Of a stretch of DNA of 34,695 bases, positions 1-10,300 are shown in pieces (position 1 is the stretch's first letter; the number at the start of each line of letters is the position of its first letter). Position numbers and translations under genes: made by a program. The notes beneath the pieces are model-generated. The model was not told the origin of the DNA, did not search any database, and was given only the letters and a program-made list of their open reading frames with translations. Source of the DNA: a virus (taxonomy: Duplodnaviria > Caudoviricetes). The stretch covers positions 1-34,695 of IMG/VR virus record IMGVR_UViG_3300030433_002377. One strand, given 5' to 3'.

Positions 1-603
1 GATATGGTACAGAATGGAATGAGTATTCAGATTAGTCAGGATTACTCTTCTATGGTTAACTTTGCACGTTGTAAGTGTTTAGGTGCAAATGTACTGCGAG
101 GACCTAATCAGATTCCATGGGATGGTAAATTGGAATATGATTATCAGTTGTGGATTGACTCGGATATTGTCTTTGACTCTAACAAGTTCTGGCAGTTGTG
201 TGATCTTGCTGTTTCTGAAGATGGCACAGAACGTGAAATTACTGCAGGGTGGTATTGTACAGAGGATGGACACACAACTTCTGTCGCACACTGGTTGGAG
301 GAAGATGATTTCCGCAGTAATGGTGGAGTGATGAATCATGAAACCTTAGATTCTATTCAGAAACGTCGTAAACCATTTACTGTTGATTATACAGGATTTG
401 GTTGGGTACTAATCAAGAAAGGAGTGTTTGAGAATCTTGAGTATCCATGGTTTGCACCTAAGATGCAAGTCTTTGAATCCGGTAGTGTACAGGACATGTG
501 TGGTGAGGATGTCTCATTCTGTCTTGATGCCAAGGAGAAAGGATTTGATATCTGGTGCGATCCTCGGATTCGTGTTGGTCACGAAAAGACTCGGGTTATC
601 TGA
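1..603 (+). CDS. Glycosyltransferase-like protein (GT-A fold, GT2-like); probably 5'-truncated by the window edge
   Basis: DxD motif WIDSDIVF, later GFGWVLIKKGVFE, GEDVSFC and C-terminal IRVGHEK, typical of GT-A/GT2-like proteins; frame is open from base 1, so the true start is likely upstream. Confidence 0.7.
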   Translation, partial: DMVQNGMSIQISQDYSSMVNFARCKCLGANVLRGPNQIPWDGKLEYDYQLWIDSDIVFDSNKFWQLCDLAVSEDGTEREITAGWYCTEDGHTTSVAHWLEEDDFRSNGGVMNHETLDSIQKRRKPFTVDYTGFGWVLIKKGVFENLEYPWFAPKMQVFESGSVQDMCGEDVSFCLDAKEKGFDIWCDPRIRVGHEKTRVI

Positions 604-609
604 TATAAT
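601..609 (+). promoter_or_regulatory. Putative host sigma70-type extended -10 promoter (TGnTATAAT)
   Basis: TGATATAAT at 601-609 is a perfect extended -10; overlaps stop codon of the GT gene; no recognisable -35. Confidence 0.5.
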
Positions 610-617
610 TGATTACA

Positions 618-638
618 GGGGAGGTTAGAGTCCTTCCC
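618..638 (+). promoter_or_regulatory. GC-rich RNA stem-loop in the leader of the small basic ORF
   Basis: GGGGAGG(618-624)/CCTTCCC(632-638), 7 bp with one G-U, 7-nt loop, in otherwise AT-rich intergenic DNA; no U-tract follows. Confidence 0.5.
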
Positions 639-671
639 ACCTCGTATCTCGTATTAAAGGAATTTAAAGTT

Positions 672-806
672 ATGGCAATGATGAAAGGGGGAAGTTATAT
701 CCCCGGAAAACCGAAGAAAACTCGTCAAGGTTCGGGAAAGAATTCATATGCACCCGCAACATCTCGCAATAAAGCAAAGAAACCATATCGTGGACAAGGT
801 AGGTGA
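672..806 (+). CDS. Small highly basic hypothetical protein (44 aa)
   Basis: ATG at 672 preceded by AAGGA (657-661); MAMMKGGSYIPGKPKKTRQGSGKNSYAPATSRNKAKKPYRGQGR has 12 K/R and no D/E; start revised from the track's 609. Confidence 0.65.
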   Translation: MAMMKGGSYIPGKPKKTRQGSGKNSYAPATSRNKAKKPYRGQGR

Positions 807-813
807 TTAAATA
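806..813 (+). promoter_or_regulatory. T4-type late promoter (ATTAAATA)
   Basis: TAAATA core 23 nt upstream of ATG 836; same pattern recurs before other genes. Confidence 0.55.
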
Positions 814-835
814 AGTGCAGTTACATTAGTACATA

Positions 836-1549
836 ATGGCTGCATTAATCTGTAATCTACCTTCAGTTGAAGTATGGGTAAGAAAAGAATATCTCACTGA
901 TCATCAAAGTGGTCATGGTGAATTTGTAAAAGGCGTTTGGGTATCGTGTAAGTCGATACCTGGACGCACTTTTTATTTTGAGACGTATTTGCCGGAATAT
1001 GCGGCAATGTATGATAAACTACCTATCAGTGCGTTTGTGTCTGCTCCAGAGGCACCTAGCCCCGATATGGACCTTCCTAACCTACAATTCTGGAACTGTA
1101 TGGACTATGGTGTAGTAGCAGTTACCAAACAATTTATTGGTAGTATGGACTATGAATTATATACAAGAGACTTTGGTATTCAAAAAGGCACTTACATCTG
1201 TACAATAGACAATTACCATCAGGATCCAGAGGTAGTAGATTATGCTACTAGTGAAAATCCTGCAGAACATAAGTCACATAACCTTATTGAGTTAGAGAAT
1301 GGGCAATATGCACTGTATCCTAACAATAGAATGCGTATCTATGATAATAGTCTGACACCTGTTGAACCAAAACAACCAGATTTTAAGGTTTCAACTCAAT
1401 ATTATCAAGTTGAAAATGGTTTTGAACGTCTTGGAATGGGACGTGAGGACGAATATTTTTGGAAAACATCAAAAGAACGTGCAAAAGAGCAAGAATCAAT
1501 AGAAGATATGTACAAATCACAAGATGGTCGTCCACTAGACACACAATAA
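836..1549 (+). CDS. Conserved hypothetical phage protein (237 aa)
   Basis: Long ORF with normal composition, preceded by late-promoter box; no function recognisable. Confidence 0.8.
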   Translation: MAALICNLPSVEVWVRKEYLTDHQSGHGEFVKGVWVSCKSIPGRTFYFETYLPEYAAMYDKLPISAFVSAPEAPSPDMDLPNLQFWNCMDYGVVAVTKQFIGSMDYELYTRDFGIQKGTYICTIDNYHQDPEVVDYATSENPAEHKSHNLIELENGQYALYPNNRMRIYDNSLTPVEPKQPDFKVSTQYYQVENGFERLGMGREDEYFWKTSKERAKEQESIEDMYKSQDGRPLDTQ

Positions 1550-1552
1550 ATA
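1545..1552 (+). promoter_or_regulatory. T4-type late promoter (AATAAATA)
   Basis: 7/8 match to TATAAATA, contains the stop codon TAA (1547-1549). Confidence 0.55.
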
Positions 1553-1558
1553 TAAAAA

Positions 1559-1603
1559 AGGGATAGCAACCCCTCTAAAAGTTCTGATTTCACATAAATC
1601 AGA
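1559..1603 (+). promoter_or_regulatory. Two-hairpin 5' leader overlapping the RBS of ORF 1611
   Basis: AGGG(1559-62)/CCCT(1571-74) and perfect 8-bp TCTGATTT(1583-90)/AAATCAGA(1596-1603); SD-like AGAGG at 1601-1605 partly in stem. Confidence 0.5.
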
Positions 1604-1610
1604 GGCTAAA

Positions 1611-1865
1611 ATGGGAAATTCACCCGTTGATAGAGACAAAAAATACATGAAACAGATGTGGGGGACCACAAGATTAGTAACAGATTACATTGTAGAGGAA
1701 AAAATGGCAACTCAGAATGATTTTTTGGACAATTTAGCAAATCATCAGCATCAAAAAATGCTTCGTGAGATCTCAAATGATGATTTGACACCTAAAAAAA
1801 GAGATACTGTCCAGGAAACAGAAATTTTTGAAGTAGAGAACAATCCGGAGACTCTTTTTGAGTGA
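1611..1865 (+). CDS. Hypothetical protein (84 aa), possible second in-frame start at 1704
   Basis: ORF with GAGG upstream of ATG 1611 and GAGG (1695-1698) upstream of in-frame ATG 1704. Confidence 0.65.
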   Translation: MGNSPVDRDKKYMKQMWGTTRLVTDYIVEEKMATQNDFLDNLANHQHQKMLREISNDDLTPKKRDTVQETEIFEVENNPETLFE

Positions 1866-1884
1866 AAAAATAGTAAAATTGTGT

Positions 1885-1892
1885 GATAAATA
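1885..1892 (+). promoter_or_regulatory. T4-type late promoter (GATAAATA)
   Basis: 7/8 match to TATAAATA in intergenic gap before gp25. Confidence 0.6.
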
Positions 1893-1913
1893 AGATATAA
1901 TCGCAGAATTCTT

Positions 1914-2315
1914 GTGCCTTTAGAACGGGTAAGTCGTGGTTTTAAAGATGTCAGTATGACTTTTCAGAGAAATCCTCTGAATGGTGATATTCTTGGGCTA
2001 AAAAATGAAAATGCAATTGCTCGATCTATACGAAATATTGTTTTTACGATTCCTGGAGAAAAATTCTTTAACCAATCTTTTGGTTCTGATATAAATCAGT
2101 CTCTTTTCATGAATATTGATGAAATATCTGCAGTTATTATAAAAGATCAAATATCATCATCTATATCTAAATTTGAACCAAGAGTAAATTTAGTCGAAGT
2201 TATTATAAATCCAAATTTTGACAATAATAGTTTTGATGCAACTATCATTTACGAAATAATAGGTGCAGATATTCCTCCACAAGAATTACAATTCGTTTTG
2301 CAGCAAACCAGGTAA
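1914..2315 (+). CDS. gp25: Baseplate wedge subunit gp25 (GPW/gp25 family)
   Basis: AIARSIRNIVFTIPGEKFFNQSFGSDI...FEPRV signature; GTG start; directly upstream of gp6. Confidence 0.92.
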   Translation: MPLERVSRGFKDVSMTFQRNPLNGDILGLKNENAIARSIRNIVFTIPGEKFFNQSFGSDINQSLFMNIDEISAVIIKDQISSSISKFEPRVNLVEVIINPNFDNNSFDATIIYEIIGADIPPQELQFVLQQTR

Positions 2316-2318
2316 AAA

Positions 2319-4382
2319 ATGCCATTATCTAATTTCTCTAACCTGGATTTCGACCAGGTTAAAACCACACTTAGAGAATATCTAAAGGAAAACTCTAATT
2401 TTACTGATTATGATTTTGAAGGGTCAAACCTTTCGTCAATATTAGATGTTCTGGCTTATAATACCTACATTACCTCATACAACGCAAACATGGTTGCGAA
2501 TGAGGTATTCATTGATAGTGCCACATTAAGAGAAAATGTGGTTTCACTAGCAAGAAATATTGGATATCTTCCTAGGTCAAGAAAAGCAGCAAGAGCAACT
2601 ATATCATTTTTTATTGATACAACAAATATTACCCCAGCACCAAGTACAATCACCTTAAAGAAAGGTATTGTTGCTACAAGTCAAGGTTCTTTCGGTAATC
2701 AATCATTTACTTTCTGTATCTTAGATGATATCACGGTTCCTGTTTATGATGGTATAGCATCTTTTGATGATGTAAGCATTTACGAAGGAACATTCCTTAC
2801 ATCCAATTTTACATATAATTCAAGAACACCGAATCAAAAGTTTATTCTTAATAATGTCGGCATTGATACTGAGTTATTATCAGTTACAGTAAGACCAAAT
2901 CAAAATTCAACAAGATCTGTTAAGTATAGTCTACAAGATAGTCTTTTCCAAATCAAATCAGATTCAAAAGTTTATTACTTACAAGAATCTGAAGATGAGA
3001 GATATGAATTGCTATTTGGTGATGGAGTTTTTGGGAAAAAGTTAGAAAATAATAATTTTATCACCGCAAATTATATTACATCAAGTGGAGATTCTGCAAA
3101 TGGTGTAGATCAATTCTCATTTGCTGGTCAATTGACATATACAAGAAATGCAAATGAGTATACTATTACATCCGGAATTTCATTACTGACTACAGGTCTT
3201 CCTTCTTCTGGTGGAGAAGAAATTGAAGGTGTAGAATCAATTAAAAAGTTTGCACCAAGAATCTATGCTTCTCAGAACAGAGCATTAACTGCAAATGACT
3301 ATGAAACACTGATTCCTGCAAAGATTTACCCAGAGACTGAATCAATCTCTGTATTTGGTGGAGAAGAATTAGTTCCACCACAGTATGGTAAAGTATTCAT
3401 CAGTATCAAACCAAGATTTGGCGATTTCTTGCCAAATTTGATCAAACAAAATATTAAACTGAAACTTAAGCAGTATGCAGTTGCTGGAATTGTTCCAGAA
3501 ATCCTTGATCTGAAGTATCTGTACTTAGAAGTCAATACAAAAATCTACTATAATTCAAACTTAGCACCTTCTTCAGCATTTGTTTCAAGTATTGCTCAAA
3601 ATAATGCTAATAGTTATGCAGAATCTACTGAATTGAATAAGTATGGTGCTAGATTTAAGTATAGTAAGTTTTTGAAGATAATTGATGACAGTCATGAGTC
3701 TATTACATCAAATATTACTACAGTCTCTATGAGAAGAGACTTAAGAGTAGTTACTAATAGTTTTGCGGAGTATCAGATTGGTTTTGGTAATTCATTTCAT
3801 ATCAAGAGTATGGATGGATATAATATTAAGACATCTGCATTTAGGATAGCAGGTATACAGCAGAATGTATATCTTTCGGATATACCAAATAGTGATGCTA
3901 TTACTGGAAACTTGTTTTTGTTTACTCTTCCTTCCGTTGGTTCTCAGGATCCAACAATTGTGAGAAGAAATGTTGGAATTATTAATTATGCTTCTGGTGT
4001 TATTACAATCAATCCAATAAATGTCCTTGATGGTAAGATGAAGGATGGTCGTCCTATTATTGAAATCGAAGCATCACCAAATTCCAATGATGTTGTCGGA
4101 TTACAGGATCTTTATTTACAACTAGATACTAGTAGCAGTTATTTTGATACTGTTGTGGATGAAATTGCATCTGGACTTGATCCATCTGCATCTAATTATA
4201 TTGTTTCGTCTAGTTATCCAAATGGTAATTTAGTTCGTGCAGGAGGACCTACAACTACAGCGATAACTAATACAGCAGGAACTACTACATCAGCAAATAC
4301 ATCCGCCACAGCAACAACAACAGCAACAACTACAACAGTTTCCACTTCAGGTGGCGCATCAACCGGTTCAAGTTCATACTAA
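2319..4382 (+). CDS. gp6: Baseplate wedge subunit gp6
   Basis: LDFDQVK...FTDYDFEGSNLSSILDVLAYNT...EVFIDSATLRENVVSLARNIGY and QNRALTANDYE motifs of T4 gp6. Confidence 0.93.
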   Translation: MPLSNFSNLDFDQVKTTLREYLKENSNFTDYDFEGSNLSSILDVLAYNTYITSYNANMVANEVFIDSATLRENVVSLARNIGYLPRSRKAARATISFFIDTTNITPAPSTITLKKGIVATSQGSFGNQSFTFCILDDITVPVYDGIASFDDVSIYEGTFLTSNFTYNSRTPNQKFILNNVGIDTELLSVTVRPNQNSTRSVKYSLQDSLFQIKSDSKVYYLQESEDERYELLFGDGVFGKKLENNNFITANYITSSGDSANGVDQFSFAGQLTYTRNANEYTITSGISLLTTGLPSSGGEEIEGVESIKKFAPRIYASQNRALTANDYETLIPAKIYPETESISVFGGEELVPPQYGKVFISIKPRFGDFLPNLIKQNIKLKLKQYAVAGIVPEILDLKYLYLEVNTKIYYNSNLAPSSAFVSSIAQNNANSYAESTELNKYGARFKYSKFLKIIDDSHESITSNITTVSMRRDLRVVTNSFAEYQIGFGNSFHIKSMDGYNIKTSAFRIAGIQQNVYLSDIPNSDAITGNLFLFTLPSVGSQDPTIVRRNVGIINYASGVITINPINVLDGKMKDGRPIIEIEASPNSNDVVGLQDLYLQLDTSSSYFDTVVDEIASGLDPSASNYIVSSSYPNGNLVRAGGPTTTAITNTAGTTTSANTSATATTTATTTTVSTSGGASTGSSSY

Positions 4383-4399
4383 GACGATAAATTCATAAA

Positions 4400-7300
4400 A
4401 TGTCAGAAACCAGAGTCCAGTTTAATACTATTGTATCTAATCAACTTCCTCTTTATGTGAGGGAGGACTTTCCGTTAATATCTGATTTTTTAAAGCAGTA
4501 TTATCTTGGACAAGAGTATCAAGGTGGACCTGTTGATCTGATTCAAAATATTGATAGATATATTAAAATTGATAATACAACTGGATTATCAGAATCAGTC
4601 GTATTATCTGGGAACTTAGATTTCGATTCCGCAGTAATTAACATTGATCCTGATAAATCTCCTACTGGAACTTTAGGATTCCCAGATTCTTATGGTTTAC
4701 TTCAGATTGGTGATGAAATTATAACCTATACTGGAAAGACACAATTTTCCTTTACTGGATGTGTTAGAGGGTTTGTTGGAATTACTTCTTATAGAAGTGA
4801 TACTAATAAAGAAGAAGTAGTATTCAAAGAAACTCTTGCCGAAGACCATTTAAGTGGTTCTGACATTAAAAACTTAAGTTGCTTATTCTTAAAGGAATTT
4901 TTACTCAAAACTAAACATCAAATCTTACCGGGATTTGAAGACAGAGAATTGTCAAGTAACTTAGATCAGAATTTATTTTTAAAACAGTCAAAAGATTTTT
5001 ATCTTAGTAAAGGTACTGATAGATCTTTTGAAATTTTATTTAAGTCTTTATATAATGAGAATGTACAAATTATCAGACCAGCAGAATCATTAGTAACTCC
5101 ATCAGATGCTCAGTATAGAGTTACTAATGATCTTGTCGTAGAACCAATTTCAGGAGATCCTTCTGATCTAGACCATTCTACACTATATCAAGATGCGTAT
5201 AAGTTTGATAGTAATATTCAAAAATCTTATGCACCAATCACCAGGGTTGAAAAAATAAATGCTGGATATGGTGTAACTTTCTATAGATTAAAGTATGATG
5301 GTGGGTATGATAGAGATATTGAAGAAGATGGATCAATATACGGAACTTTTAAAGTACATCCATCTACAAAAATTATTGGAAACGTCTCTGCAGGATCTAC
5401 AATTGTTGATGTTGAATCAACAGTAGGTTTTGCTCATAGTGGAGAGTTATTTGTAAATTATTTTGATAGAACTACTGGAATAGTATCATATACTTCAAAA
5501 TCTCCAACTCAGTTTTTTGGCATAAGTGATTTAGATAACGACATTTTAGATACTGCTGTAGTCGGAATTAATACTTTTGCATATGGATATTCTGCAGTAG
5601 ATGGTAGTCTAATTCAAGTTAGGATTAACTCAGTTTTAAATTCAATTGAAATTCCAGAAGTATCTGACGAATTAGAGAAAGGTACTACTGCAAATATTAC
5701 AAATTATGGATTTACAGAAGTAAGTCCTAAGACTCGTAACTGGTTTTATAATGTTTCTCCCGTTTACAAAGTCTCCAGTATTGAATTAATAGATGCTTCC
5801 GATAATACCTACAAAATTACCTTAAATGTACCAAATCAATTTAGATCTGGTGACAAATGTGCAATTATTGGATCAGATTCTTCAAGAAAAGATTCAACTA
5901 TTGCAACAATAATCGGAGAAAAATCTTTTACTGTAAGAGGTCAAGGAGTTCTTGACACTGGGTTAACATATAAATTGCAAAGAACTATCCTCAAAGGATT
6001 ATCTTCAGTCTTTCCATCAGTAGAGTCATTCTCAACTGATGTTGATAGAGTTTATAAAAATACTGCTAATAATTACTTAGTATCCTCACCATCGATTCCA
6101 AATTATGGTTCTCAATCACTAGACTCAACGTTTAGAGATAAAACTTTTTCTGGAACATTTTTGGGAGATGAATTTGAAATTGCTAACCATGGATTTTATA
6201 CTGGAGAATCTATTTACTATAAGGCAAACTCAGTTTCTCAATCCGCAACTGATGCTGCCGGAAATATAATTACTGAGATAGTTCGTGGGCAAGGACTTTT
6301 CAGTGATGGTTTATATTTTATCAAACGAATAAGTGAAAGCAAATTAAAATTTGCTAAAAGTAGAGAAGACATCTATAAATCTAAATTCATTTCTTTAGAC
6401 ACTGAAGTAACAGTTACTGATAGTAGCCTCAGACCATTTTCTTTTAATGATAAAACAGTAAAACCACAAAATATCTTAAGAGAAATTTCAACACCGATAA
6501 GTGATGGATCTAGATCTGAAACTAAACCAGGTGCTACTGGAATATTTGTTAATGGTGTAGAACTTCTGAATTACAAATCCAGTGATTCTATTAAATATGG
6601 AAAAATTGAAAGTATTGATGTTTTATCTAAAGGATCGAATGTTGATGTTGTAAATCCGCCAGATTTTCTTATTAAGGATGCTGTTGGATACGGAGCATCT
6701 GCACATCTTGCAGTTTCTGGTCGATTCATTGATATCAAAATTGTGAATCCTGGTTTCGATTACGTAGAAACTCCTACATTAAAAATAGAAGGTGGTAATG
6801 GTCAAGGAGCTATTGGTTCCGTTAATATGAAGTCTATTGATCATGCAGTAGAATTTTATGCAGATGAACTATCTAATCAGGTTGATATATTGCAATCTAC
6901 AATTGGATTTTCAACATATCATAAATTTAGAAATGCTGAAAAAGTAATTTACAGAACAAAATCACAAGATGCAGTTTCTGGGATAGTAACCGATTCATCT
7001 TACTTTGTAAATGTTGTAGATGAATTTACAGTAAAACTTCACGAAACCGAAAGTCAAGCATTAACTGGAATTAATACTGTACCATTAACTTCCTATGGTG
7101 CAGGAAAACACTCTTTACAATCGTTTAGTAAAAAGTTAGTTGTACAATCAGTAAACGTTACTGATAGTGGATCTGGTTACGAAAATAAAAAGAGAACGGC
7201 TCAAGCAGCAACTGGAGTTAGTACAGCATCAAATTCCTTTAGTATTTTAAATCATGATTATAGTTCTGGAGAGAGAATAAAGTATACCTGTACAAATACT

Positions 7301-10300
7301 CCTGCTTCTGGAATTTCTGTAGGGTCAGAGTACATTCTGACTAAGATTGACAATAATTCCTTCAAGTTATCTGAAGTTGGTCCTTCTGAAGATATTAATT
7401 TCTTCTATAGAAATAAGCAATATGTAGACATTACAACTGTTGGAGTAGGAACTCACATATTCAACTATCCAGATATTACCGCAACTTTGATTGGAAAGGT
7501 TGGAATATCTTCGATAGGCACCGAAACATTTAAAGCATCATTACTTCCTATTGTAAGAGGAACAGTTCAGTCTGTTCATGTAGAAAATTCTGGATTCAAC
7601 TATGGATCTGAAGAAATTTTAAATTTTGATAGGCAACCACAAATTCTTTTAGATTCTGGATCAAATGCACAACTAAAGGCAATTGTTAGTGCTGGTTCAA
7701 TTCAAGAAGTTATTGTTTTAAACAGTGGTTCTGGTTATTATTCTACTCCAGATTTAATTATAAATGGTGAAGGTTCTGGAGCAGTATTAACTCCTATTAT
7801 CGAGAATGGTTCATTAGTTTCTGTTACTGTAATCGAAAAAGGAATTGGATTTGATGAAGATAGTACAACAATTGATATTATTCCTTCCGGATCGACTACC
7901 AATACTCCAAAGTTCAAATGTAATATTCAAAATTGGACTGTAAATTTATTTGGCAAATACGAAAATATATTTACTGATGATGATGGATTTTTGACGGAAG
8001 GTCTCCATAAAAATGAAATACAATATACTCACATCTATGCTCCAAGAAAACTAAGGGAAAAAGTCTATAGTTTAAATCAAGTAGGTGAAATTTTATATGG
8101 AAAACAGGACTTAATAAAGGTAAATGGTATTGAATCCGATTCAAATTATCACTCACCTATCTTAGGGTTTGCATATGATGGAAATCCAATTTATGGACCT
8201 TATGCATATTCTACTAAGACTGGTGGTTTTATAACTCAGATGTTATCTGGATATTCTTTAAATATTCAGAACAGCAGACCATCTACTTCAATTTATCCAG
8301 AGGGATTCTTTGTTGAAGATTATGTATATAAAAATTCGTCTAGTGACTCTGTTCTTGATGAAAATAATGGAAGATTTTGCATAACACCAGATTATCCGAA
8401 TGGAACTTATGCATATTTCACAACAATAGATGAAAGATTCCCAGAAACTTTTGGAGTGTTTAAAAATTATAAGAAACCATCTTTCCCATATGTCATCGGA
8501 CATAGTTATCATTCAATTCCAAATAATTTTAACTTTGTCAATAGTTCAAACTCTAATGATTATGATTTGGAGGCAAATGGTTGGAGAAGAAATACAAGTC
8601 CAATCAATTTGATAGAAGATGAGTCTCAATATCCATATCTAAATGTTCCAAACAAATTGAATCAAACTGCTGAAATTGTTGGAACAAATCCAGGTGTTGC
8701 TGGTGGTGTTGGAATTATTACTGGAGGAACCGGATATAAAGTTGGTGAATCTATAGCATTTGATAATACTAATACTGGAGGAACCGGGGCACATGCTAAA
8801 ATTAGTCGAGTTAAAGGTAAGACAGTAAGTTCTATAAGTGTTGATTCAATTATTCTGGAAAATGTTGAATTTTATCCAGGTCAAAAAGATGGTGAGTATT
8901 TTGCCTTTGCCAGTGATCCACATGGAATAGAAAATTTAGATGTAGTTTCCATTTCAGGTTTGTCTACAACATCTTCTTATCTTGAAGGATCTTATACCGC
9001 TGGAATATCTACCAATAGATTAACCTTAGCTGGTATAGGATCAATTGCAGTCGCAATTGGAACAGATGGATCTACAGGATTGACAACATACTTTAGTGTA
9101 ACTGGAAATCTTGGATATCCTCATATTAGAGAGAATGATATTCTTCAGTCCGGAACTGAGAAATTTAAAGTTCTGAATATTGATCCTGAGTCTTCAAGAA
9201 TAAGAGTTCTAAGAAAAGTAAGTGGATCAATTGGAACTACGTTATCTGTTGGAGATCATTTCTATGAAATACCTAGAAAACTCAAAATTTCTTCCGGATT
9301 CAAAACAGATTCTAACTTAAAATTTAATAAGAAAATTTATTTCAATCCAGCAGATTCTATTGGTATTGGAACGATTTCTGGAATTGGAGTAGGAGTAACA
9401 TTAACACTCTCTAACCCCGGATTTGGTGCTACTCAATTGTTTGTACCAACTAAATCAATTTTTATAAAGAATCATAATTTAGAGACAGGTGATCAGTTAA
9501 CTTATTCTGCTGGAGATGGAGGAAGTGGAATTGTAGTTCAGGATGAAACTAATGTTGGGGTTGGATCAACCTTAGCAGATGGTCAAAAGTTATTTGTTGC
9601 TAAAATTGATAATAACTTAATTGGATTATCTACTGTAAGAGTTGGACTTGGAACTACTGGAACATTTGTCGGAGTTGCTGAAACTCACAGAAATTCTACA
9701 ACTCTGTTCTTTACAAATATTGGAGACGGGGACACTCATAGTTTTGTAACCAACTATTCTGCGATAACTGGAGAAATTCAAAGAAATTTAGTTACAGTTT
9801 CAACTGCACAAACTCATGGATTGAGTCCAGATCATAATGTAATAGTTTCTGTAAGTCCAGAAAACACTAAGAATATAACACTAACATATAATGACACTAA
9901 TAGAAGAATAATTGTAAATCCTGTAGGGTTTGTTACTGCAGGTGTTAGTACTTCAACAAATTCAATCACTATCAGTTCACATGGATTTGAGACTGGAGAT
10001 AAAATCATCCACACGTCAGATTATCCTTCTGAAGGATTAAAGAGTGGAAAGGTTTACTATGTAGTAAAAGTTGATAGAAATACAATCAAACTTTCAAACA
10101 CTCTTACCGATTCTAAGAAAATTGACCCAGTAATTATTGGTATCAGTAGTGCTTCTTATGGTACTATTAATCCAATTAATCCAAAAATTAATCTCTATAA
10201 AAATTCTACAGTAGTATTTGATTTATCAGATGATTCTTTAGCATATGTAAGACAAGGTTCTGTATATTCTGCATTTGAATTTAATTTATATGAAGACGCA

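Noticed and set aside
609-671. Track start at 609 for the small basic ORF and 30497 for the coiled-coil ORF
   Set aside because: Better ATG starts at 672 (with AAGGA) and 30512 (immediately after upstream stop)
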